Source of the DNA: a virus
Direction: 5' to 3' (one strand)
DNA: 64,000 nt
Virus record (IMG/VR): IMGVR_UViG_3300035670_000125
The notes beneath the pieces were generated by a model. The model saw nothing but the letters and a program-made list of their open reading frames with translations. It ran no database searches and had not been told where the DNA came from. How positions within the stretch are numbered: position 1 is the first letter of the stretch; every line of letters starts with the position of its first letter. This document shows, in pieces, positions 18,589 through 24,900 of the stretch. A program made the position numbers and the translations under genes.

Positions 18589-18662
18589 TTTTTATTTACC
18601 AATATAACAACAACACTTAAAAATATTGCAGCAAAGATAGCAAAGAAATAAAAACTAGCCAT
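18585..18662 (-). CDS. 25-aa hydrophobic peptide (below ORF-track cutoff)
   Basis: ATG at 18662 is preceded by GGAGG at 8 nt. Encodes MASFYFFAIFAAIFLSVVVILVNKK. Its TGA overlaps the ATG of the next gene (ATGA). Confidence 0.4.
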   Translation of the reverse strand: MASFYFFAIFAAIFLSVVVILVNKK

Positions 18663-18682
18663 TGTTCTACCTCCAAATCAGG

Positions 18683-19093
18683 TTACTTTTGATTTGAGTC
18701 TAAGTCAAGATGATCAATAAGATCCAACGAGCCATCGGTTTGAATTCCGATCTCGGTCAATGAATTTTTAAGATTTTTTAATACGATTTTTAAACTGTTG
18801 TTCTCAGTTTTTAATCTGGAAATTATATTCTCTTGAATTCTAATATGACTTTCTAGTTCTTGTTCTCGGTAACTATTAAATTCCATCTTGTTATTCATTT
18901 GGCTTCCTAATACTTCTTTTGCTATACATGGATCACACTGCTTTTCCAAAGCTACACACTCTTTTGTGCAGTGATCATCTGCTATTAGCACTAATGCTTC
19001 CCTAAAACAATCTCTTTCTTCTTCGATCTTTTTAATCTCTTTGATTACCCAAGGTGCTGCTTCACAATCCCTGAGTCGTTCATGTAGGCTCAT
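18683..19093 (-). CDS. hypothetical coiled-coil/Cys-containing protein
   Basis: Start trimmed to the internal ATG (MSLHERLRD), preceded by a G-run. The ORF-track N-terminal extension runs through a GC-rich hairpin region. Confidence 0.5.
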   Translation of the reverse strand: MSLHERLRDCEAAPWVIKEIKKIEEERDCFREALVLIADDHCTKECVALEKQCDPCIAKEVLGSQMNNKMEFNSYREQELESHIRIQENIISRLKTENNSLKIVLKNLKNSLTEIGIQTDGSLDLIDHLDLDSNQK

Positions 19094-19131
19094 GTTTCCC
19101 CCCAAAGTGTTCTTTCTGATGGTATTGTCAT
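19090..19131 (-). CDS. 13-aa upstream leader ORF (MTIPSERTLWGET)
   Basis: AAGGAG lies 5 nt upstream of the ATG. Its TGA overlaps the ATG of gene 18683-19093 (ATGA). Sits just after a terminator-like hairpin. Confidence 0.3.
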   Translation of the reverse strand: MTIPSERTLWGET

Positions 19132-19142
19132 AAAGACTCCTT

Positions 19143-19172
19143 AAAAAATTGGGAGCAGGGCGCGACTCCTGC
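19143..19172 (-). terminator. possible intrinsic terminator/attenuator
   Basis: On the minus strand, a GCAGG-N8-CCTGC hairpin followed by TCCCAATTTTTT. The T-run is offset from the stem, so this is weak. Confidence 0.3.
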
Positions 19173-19320
19173 CTACTGTTTTCAGGGATGGGATAGCAGC
19201 TTTCCCAATGACCTTTCACCCTTTGTCGTCATAGCGTGTCTCCAGTGAGTAACACTCCGCTTTCACGGTATCCGAGTTACACTCAACCCCCTCACAGCTT
19301 CCCACGCCGTCCCAATTAAC

Positions 19321-19677
19321 TTATTTAAACAAAGACCCAGACTTAAATCTAAACCCAGATCCAGACCAAGACCTAGATGTGGGCCCAGACAAAGACCCAT
19401 AGCAAGATCTAGATCTGAGGCCAGACACAGACACAGACCTAGACCAAGACCCAGACACAGACCTAGACCAAGACCTAGATGTGGGCCCAGACAAAGACCC
19501 ATAGCAAGATCTAGATCTGAGGCCAGACACAGACACAGACCAAGACCCAGACAAAGACCCAGACAAAGACCCAGACACAGACCTAGACCAAGACCAAGAC
19601 CCAGACAAAGACCCAGACAAAGACCCATAGCAAGATCTAGACCTAGACCATTTTTGTCTTAAACCACGAATATTCAT
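19321..19677 (-). CDS. X-Ser dipeptide-repeat, Arg-rich low-complexity protein (118 aa)
   Basis: Its ATG overlaps the TGA of the upstream gene (ATGA). It encodes (G/R/W/V/L)-S repeats with three copies of SRSCYGSLSG. Other frames are also open because of the repeat, so coding status is not proven. Confidence 0.45.
   Translation of the reverse strand: MNIRGLRQKWSRSRSCYGSLSGSLSGSWSWSRSVSGSLSGSLSGSWSVSVSGLRSRSCYGSLSGPTSRSWSRSVSGSWSRSVSVSGLRSRSCYGSLSGPTSRSWSGSGFRFKSGSLFK
19330..19652. repeat. (AGACNN)n hexanucleotide tandem array with 102-nt higher-order repeat
   Basis: The plus strand reads agaccc/agacaa/agacac/agacct/agacca units almost continuously, about 320 nt or on the order of 50 six-nt units. 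A 71-nt block at 19369-19439 is identical to 19471-19541 (offset 102 nt), and a third partial copy sits near 19605-19645. Confidence 0.95.
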
Positions 19678-19961
19678 CGCTTATCTGTCTTTCTATACGA
19701 CTCGATAGAATTAGATCTTACATAGAGATTGCCAACTTTTTGTGCATCCGCATATCTAGGAACATCAAATGGTCCTGTCTCATAAACAATAGCGGCGTCT
19801 TTAAGAAGAACGTCATGTGTATTTACTCCGGTTAGTGTGCCTGTGTAAATGTAATTCATACAAAACAATTCAACACGTTCACCGAGCAATCCAACCAACC
19901 CTTCTCCTTCAACTTCGTGAACGTTTATAATCTTCTTCATATAGTTTATAATCTTCTTCAT
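19674..19961 (-). CDS. hypothetical protein
   Basis: 95-aa ORF. The 5' end carries a 21-nt tandem duplication that includes the start codon (MKKIINY-MKKIINV), so either ATG (19961 or 19940) may be used. Confidence 0.55.
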   Translation of the reverse strand: MKKIINYMKKIINVHEVEGEGLVGLLGERVELFCMNYIYTGTLTGVNTHDVLLKDAAIVYETGPFDVPRYADAQKVGNLYVRSNSIESYRKTDKR

Positions 19962-19976
19962 ATAATACTCCTCTTC

Positions 19977-21065
19977 TTACTTATTCAGTTTTTCTAACCC
20001 GTCCATTGAGTCTTTGTAGCAAAGATTATAATAGACGCACTTACCGAAAGTTCTTACGCAGCTCGAGAAATTACGGTGATAGACACCGTTTTTAATAGCC
20101 GTGTTTATATAATCGAAGTTCTCTAGTACAATCTCTTCTGTTTTCTCTGGTATCTTATCGATTACGATTTGTACAAAAATCTCTGGGTCTAAGCTAAAAT
20201 CCCACTCACCGTTACATCTTATACCATCTGTTGTGTTATTACAAGTTTTGTGATTAGTTCCTTCGTTTGCGTAATTACATTTCTTGCAGGTTTTGGTGCG
20301 GTTCTTTCTTACGTTCTTATTTAAGACAATATACCCAGCTTTTCTTGTGTCTTTAAATTGATCACTAAGACAGTGAACATAAAGGGTTAGCTGTGGTGAA
20401 GTAAGTACTGAATCAGTCGCATAATCTTTTGCAGAGGTTTTGAAATCAAAAATAATAGGTTCATCGTGACCTTCCCATTCAGCTACCATGTCGGCATAGC
20501 CAACAATCATGTCACCTACTTCATTCTCAAGTTTACAGTAAACCTGTGCGCCATGCATTTTCTTAATTTTAGGTAACACTTTATTACGCACGGCTTCTAT
20601 CATGAGTAAGCCCTTACGATAGAGTGATAACCAATTAGCGTAATTTAAAAGTTTTTTTCTGTGCTCAGGTAATCCATCAAATCCGGCGTATTCCTTTTCA
20701 TCGTAAACCTTTTGCACCTCTGCTAAAGGATTCTCGATCTTAAATTCTTCGCGTATTTTGTCCAAGTCTTCGGCCAATAACAGTTCTTCATCGTAGTCGG
20801 AATTTGCATAGACGATATTTGTTGCTGTTGGTAGATATGTCTGTTTACCGTTGATGTCCTGAAACCTCCAGAAATAAGAGAACACGTCCTCTGGTTTTTT
20901 TTCAGAATTTTTAATAAGTGAAGTTACAGCTGCGTCTACTGCTGATCCAAACGCGAGTGCGGCATGTTGGGTTTTAGAACGTAGGCGATCCACATAGTGA
21001 TACTTCCATTTTGTTGGACAATCCATAAATTGGTTAGATGCACTGTGTGAAAGTTTGTTCTTCAT
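19977..21065 (-). CDS. PD-(D/E)XK exonuclease, Cas4/RecB-like with Cys cluster
   Basis: N-terminal DCPTKW Cys plus C-terminal C-x6-C-x5-C (SSCVRTFGKCVYYNLC). GYADMV...IFDFKTS nuclease core. Confidence 0.75.
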   Translation of the reverse strand: MKNKLSHSASNQFMDCPTKWKYHYVDRLRSKTQHAALAFGSAVDAAVTSLIKNSEKKPEDVFSYFWRFQDINGKQTYLPTATNIVYANSDYDEELLLAEDLDKIREEFKIENPLAEVQKVYDEKEYAGFDGLPEHRKKLLNYANWLSLYRKGLLMIEAVRNKVLPKIKKMHGAQVYCKLENEVGDMIVGYADMVAEWEGHDEPIIFDFKTSAKDYATDSVLTSPQLTLYVHCLSDQFKDTRKAGYIVLNKNVRKNRTKTCKKCNYANEGTNHKTCNNTTDGIRCNGEWDFSLDPEIFVQIVIDKIPEKTEEIVLENFDYINTAIKNGVYHRNFSSCVRTFGKCVYYNLCYKDSMDGLEKLNK

Positions 21066-21076
21066 AATTTTATACT

Positions 21077-21568
21077 TTATTTGAAAGTGTAGTTATTTAG
21101 AATAACCTCAGGTCTTTTACGATACCTGTGTTTTTTGTTTGCCTTAAGGTGTAGCTCTGAATACACCACGAGCTTGTCACGCATAGATTTAACTATCTTT
21201 AATCCTAAAGATTTAGCCATAGCGAAAGCAAATCCATTTGCAAATGATTCTTCTTGGTGGTGGAAATGGTTTCCGTGTAAAAGCATATGTCCAATTTCGT
21301 GTAGAACAACCAGGTCATGACCTACCTTGATAGATTGCACTGGATTGATAAATATATGGTGTCTACCTTTAGAAACAAAATGACATCCCGAAAAATAGTC
21401 TAGCTCATCTTCTGTTAGAAGATCCCTGATGTCAAAATCTTCATACGGACCCCCACAGACACGAACTTTATGTTTTCTTCTAATTTCATTTAAATATTTT
21501 AAAAGTGACTTACTTAGATTTAGCTTATATTTAGGATGCTTAAATAGTTTATATTTACGCGGCTTCAT
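21077..21568 (-). CDS. ImmA/IrrE-like HExxH metallopeptidase
   Basis: VLHEIGHMLLHG motif in a 163-aa protein. The context fits the COG2856-like family. Confidence 0.6.
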   Translation of the reverse strand: MKPRKYKLFKHPKYKLNLSKSLLKYLNEIRRKHKVRVCGGPYEDFDIRDLLTEDELDYFSGCHFVSKGRHHIFINPVQSIKVGHDLVVLHEIGHMLLHGNHFHHQEESFANGFAFAMAKSLGLKIVKSMRDKLVVYSELHLKANKKHRYRKRPEVILNNYTFK

Positions 21569-21771
21569 CCATCTAATCCTTTATAAGTTATAAGAAGTCT
21601 TTTTTGTTTTTCTTCTTTGATGAAAGCATCCACAATAACTAAGGCGAGTGTGATGCCGTGTAATCTACCAAGAGCGTATTGCTTTTCTTCTTCTTTAGCA
21701 GTCTCTTCAATCTTTTCTAGATCCGATCTTAGTTCGTAAAATGCTCTTTCGAGTAAATCTAAATCTTCCAT
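21565..21771 (-). CDS. hypothetical protein
   Basis: 68-aa helical acidic ORF with an ATGA overlap. Confidence 0.5.
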   Translation of the reverse strand: MEDLDLLERAFYELRSDLEKIEETAKEEEKQYALGRLHGITLALVIVDAFIKEEKQKRLLITYKGLDG

Positions 21772-21773
21772 TT

Positions 21774-22166
21774 TTATTCCTTTTTATCGTCACATTTTAC
21801 GCAATACTCGTACATTTCAGTGAAACCGAAGTACATTTTATATTCGTGCTTACAACCGTACTGGCCCTTTACCTCGTAATAAATTTTAATTTTAGTGCCT
21901 TCTAGTCCAGCAACAAATCTCAGTTCGGTGTAATTATAATCTATATGCTTTTGTACCCAGTAGTCGGATCCCTCGTATAGTATTGAGGTTTTTCCGGTGT
22001 ACTCGACTTCGTAGATGTAGGTATATTCTGGTAATATTTGGTTAATCACCAGCAGTCTAGCGGGTGGTATTGCCGCTTCAATCTTGTTGAAGTTTTCATT
22101 GTTCTCAAAATATACGCTCATTTTTTTATAGTGGCGTTTGTTTTTTCCAACAGGGTAAACGCTCAA
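21774..22166 (-). CDS. hypothetical protein with C-terminal CxH...CxxC motif
   Basis: The C-terminus CKHEYKMYFGFTEMYEYCVKCDDKK matches a motif shared with ORFs 24482-24679 and 30751-30906. Confidence 0.55.
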   Translation of the reverse strand: MSVYPVGKNKRHYKKMSVYFENNENFNKIEAAIPPARLLVINQILPEYTYIYEVEYTGKTSILYEGSDYWVQKHIDYNYTELRFVAGLEGTKIKIYYEVKGQYGCKHEYKMYFGFTEMYEYCVKCDDKKE

Positions 22167-22227
22167 AGCCCCTCGGTGTGGGATCGTCTCTATGGGCGTA
22201 CCATTAGTTCATTGATTTTACCACTAC

Positions 22228-23151
22228 CTAATCAATATTGAAAAGTTTTAAAAATAGTTTGAAGTGTTTATTCGAACATCCAACATTTAAACGGAAATTG
22301 TCTTTAGAAGAACCCAATGATTCACCATTTAAAAATGTTATCTGCTTTGGGCAATTTCCCTTTGCCCATAAAAACATACCATCTCTGTTTAAAATTTCAA
22401 AAGGAAATTTATCTTTGTTGGAATTTATTTTTTCCCATCTTTCCTTCATTATTTCTTGACCATAAGTGAACGCGCTATTCTGGTGTCTGAAGGGGTGGGT
22501 CTCATATCTCAATGTTGCTTCTGCTTTTATTTGTGCATCAATAGAAAGACCACCTGTTGTGATCTCTATCCATTGTTCTAGTTTTTTGGCTATGATCTTA
22601 TCTTTTATGACAGCCCAACCTATTCTCGTGTTAGCGAGCCCTAAGGCCTTGCTAAAAGAGAAAACCATAATTGAATGATTGTATTTAACTACCTCTTTAT
22701 ACTGAGGCCAGTTGTAACAAAGGTCTAAGATTTGGCAAGATGAATAATCGCTTATTGTTGAGTCAGGATTATTGGGATTGGTTACAATTTGAATTGTGTT
22801 ATAAACGGCATCTCTCCGCCATTCGAGTTTTGCGGCATCTGCAAGTAGGGGGAATCTTGAAAAGTGTGGTGCAGTCGCTGTTACTTTTTCATAAAAGTTA
22901 ACATCTCTTAAAACGCAAAGTAGACCGAAGATTATCTGAGACGCCCCTGCGCCAACTACAATGTGTTTGTTAGTTAAATCTACGTTGTTTGCTTTTTTAT
23001 GTAGCTTTTTGATTAATCTCTTCAGCGGTCTTCTGGAGCCGAACTCGTAATTTTTGGTTCTTTTTATGTGATCAGTTTTAATTTGAACTTTATTCCAATA
23101 AGGGGCTAAAAAGCTTGGGCTACCCCACGCCATATCTATTTTTTTATGCAT
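22228..23151 (-). CDS. PLP-dependent aminotransferase-fold enzyme, alliinase/TAA-like
   Basis: FSFSKALGLANTRIGWAVIKD is the class I/II PLP-lysine motif and closely resembles the alliinase-C pattern (TLSKxTGHAGxRxGWAxxKD). N-terminal WGSPSFLAPYW resembles the GDPxxxExYW pattern of that family. Confidence 0.65.
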   Translation of the reverse strand: MHKKIDMAWGSPSFLAPYWNKVQIKTDHIKRTKNYEFGSRRPLKRLIKKLHKKANNVDLTNKHIVVGAGASQIIFGLLCVLRDVNFYEKVTATAPHFSRFPLLADAAKLEWRRDAVYNTIQIVTNPNNPDSTISDYSSCQILDLCYNWPQYKEVVKYNHSIMVFSFSKALGLANTRIGWAVIKDKIIAKKLEQWIEITTGGLSIDAQIKAEATLRYETHPFRHQNSAFTYGQEIMKERWEKINSNKDKFPFEILNRDGMFLWAKGNCPKQITFLNGESLGSSKDNFRLNVGCSNKHFKLFLKLFNID

Positions 23152-23254
23152 TAGAAATCTCTAATAAGAGGATATAAGTGATCGGGATGCTTAGGTAAAC
23201 CAAATCTTAACGTCATACAACCAGAATTAGATAATAGTAGCGTGAGTATAGAGA

Positions 23255-23476
23255 TTAAGATGAACGTAACTTTGGTGATTTTTTCTGCTGTTTTTGTCTT
23301 GTGTATTGGGCGGCTTTTGTTAACCATTTTGCTAACCTCTCTAGTTCGTTTGGTGTCCTGGCATAAGTCGTAAGAATATCACATTCACAAGTAAGTGATC
23401 CATTCGACTCTAAGTAAAGACCATGTGTTGCACTATTTGCTTTAAATAGCGATTTAGGCTTTTTAACTTTACTCAC
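23255..23476 (-). CDS. hypothetical protein
   Basis: 73-aa basic ORF overlapping the upstream gene. Confidence 0.45.
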   Translation of the reverse strand: MSKVKKPKSLFKANSATHGLYLESNGSLTCECDILTTYARTPNELERLAKWLTKAAQYTRQKQQKKSPKLRSS

Positions 23477-23672
23477 GTTCTAACTCCCGTTTTAAATACC
23501 AAAGTGCCTTACTAAGATCTTCTTTTCTTTTGAGAGGATCTTTTTTACCTGCTCTAGCAATATATTTCACAACATTACCTAAATGGAATCCAAGATGCCA
23601 ATCTTCAATCGCATCGATAACTTCTATTTTGCCCGTATTATAATGACTAGGATGATTTACTTGATCTTTCAT
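23469..23672 (-). CDS. DUF3310-family protein
   Basis: HPSHY...IEVIDAIEDW...LGNVVKYIARAGKK...EDLSKALWYL is the characteristic DUF3310 pattern. Confidence 0.8.
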   Translation of the reverse strand: MKDQVNHPSHYNTGKIEVIDAIEDWHLGFHLGNVVKYIARAGKKDPLKRKEDLSKALWYLKRELERE

Positions 23673-24048
23673 TTTGAAGTTTACCCAGTAAAAATTCTAG
23701 AGCACTCATTGTGAGTGTAGATATTGTGAATTCTTTCCAAAAGATTATAATCGCAAATGGAACCAATATCAAGTACTCAATGGGATTTTCCCCATGAATA
23801 AACATATTCGCACAACCCATGAATAAAAAATAAAGACTAGTTGAGAGTAATGTTGTTGTTATGGAAAAAACCAAAGCATTTTTTATTCCAAATAAAATAG
23901 AAGCACTTATTAAGGTACTTGCCATTACTAGGAAAAATATCGGTAAGTTCTGTACCTCTAGGAATACGTTTCCTGGGAAGTTAGAACCTATTAAGGCTAT
24001 TGCTAGTAGGCTAGAAAAAACAGTTGCTGCTAGTCTAACTTCAAACAT
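23647..24048 (-). CDS. multi-pass membrane protein
   Basis: 133 aa with about four hydrophobic segments. Confidence 0.55.
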   Translation of the reverse strand: MFEVRLAATVFSSLLAIALIGSNFPGNVFLEVQNLPIFFLVMASTLISASILFGIKNALVFSITTTLLSTSLYFLFMGCANMFIHGENPIEYLILVPFAIIIFWKEFTISTLTMSALEFLLGKLQNERSSKSS

Positions 24049-24298
24049 CTGCTTGATCCTTAATTGAAATTATTTTTGTGTATCTATAAAATGATATTAA
24101 TTTATCTATTTGTTGTTGGACTTCTTTGGGGCTGTGTCCCAGGTGTTCTATGTAATAGTAACAAGATACAATAGCGGGAGCATAAGACGCTATTGCAATT
24201 AGAGATATGATCTCTTTATGAGATTTTGATGAATTATTCAAAGCAACATTTTTAACAGTCGGTCTTATGTTGTTGTAGTGATTTAAATCTATTATCAT
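24041..24298 (-). CDS. hypothetical protein
   Basis: 85-aa ORF overlapping its neighbours. Confidence 0.45.
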   Translation of the reverse strand: MIIDLNHYNNIRPTVKNVALNNSSKSHKEIISLIAIASYAPAIVSCYYYIEHLGHSPKEVQQQIDKLISFYRYTKIISIKDQADV

Positions 24299-24522
24299 TT
24301 TTTCTCATAAACTGTTACAAAATTAGTTCTAAGCATTTCATCTATTTCTTCTGGGGGTTCTATTACAAAAAAATAATCGTCGTCTTTAGTGCTTAGGGTA
24401 ATTTTTGTTCCCGTCACTACTTCGTTTTGAGGTAGAGTTATCGTCTCATTGGTATAATGGACAACTTTCTCTGCATTAAACCTAACCTTTTGCCCACCAG
24501 GGCAAGTAAGGATTATCATCAT
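24295..24522 (-). CDS. hypothetical protein
   Basis: 75-aa ORF with an ATGA overlap. Confidence 0.5.
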   Translation of the reverse strand: MMIILTCPGGQKVRFNAEKVVHYTNETITLPQNEVVTGTKITLSTKDDDYFFVIEPPEEIDEMLRTNFVTVYEKK

Positions 24523-24679
24523 CTTCGGGTTTCTCCCTTGATTTTTTATCGCATTTTTTACAAAACCAATAATGTTCGGTAAATCCTAAATACTCAACCC
24601 ATTGGTGGGAACATACTTTGTTGTCATCAAGATCTTCTGCTTGAGCATTTACCCACCAGAACTCGTCATCGTCATTCAT
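24482..24679 (-). CDS. small CxH...CxxC zinc-ribbon-like protein
   Basis: CSHQWVEYLGFTEHYWFCKKCDKK motif after an acidic N-terminus. Confidence 0.55.
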   Translation of the reverse strand: MNDDDEFWWVNAQAEDLDDNKVCSHQWVEYLGFTEHYWFCKKCDKKSREKPEDDDNPYLPWWAKG

Positions 24680-24887
24680 TTTCTACATAATTTTGAATTA
24701 ATTTAGTTACTTCTCTTTTTAATCTTTTTTTAACTAATCTCTTTTTTTTAGATCTTAGCCCAGATGAGTGTAAAACTAGCATCATCAGCCATACTGGTAC
24801 ATGTACCTTACCGTCTGCCGATACTTCCATATTTTCGTTTTCCCCCGAAACAGCAAACATTTTTTTATATCTATCTACTTTATTCAT
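24672..24887 (-). CDS. hypothetical protein
   Basis: 71-aa ORF with a basic C-terminus. Confidence 0.45.
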   Translation of the reverse strand: MNKVDRYKKMFAVSGENENMEVSADGKVHVPVWLMMLVLHSSGLRSKKKRLVKKRLKREVTKLIQNYVENE

Positions 24888-24900
24888 ATTAATACCTTTC

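Noticed and set aside
19263-19628. Alternative minus-strand frame through the array (Leu-Gly/Leu-Cys repeats).
   Set aside because: It has no coupling to the upstream gene and no RBS. The frame beginning at 19677 has the ATGA overlap, so it is kept only as an alternative.
19330-19652. Could the repeat array be a CRISPR array?
   Set aside because: The period is 6 nt (higher order 102 nt) with no repeat-spacer architecture and no cas genes.
19249-19661. Plus-strand open frame through the hexanucleotide array reading Arg-Pro repeats (RPRQRPRHRPRPRP...), reminiscent of proline/arginine-rich antimicrobial peptides.
   Set aside because: I found no ATG, GTG or TTG in frame between the upstream TGA (19246-48) and the repeat. 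The orientation is opposite to all neighbouring genes. The openness is explained by the stop-free AGACNN unit.
21077-21568. Does the ImmA/IrrE-like peptidase indicate a lysogeny module?
   Set aside because: No integrase, CI/Cro-like repressor pair or att-like site is visible in the window. The evidence is insufficient to call the phage temperate.
23152-23254. 21-aa upstream ORF (MTLRFGLPKHPDHLYPLIRDF) coupled by TAATG to the aminotransferase-like gene.
   Set aside because: It is too short and lacks a clear RBS. It could be a chance ORF.
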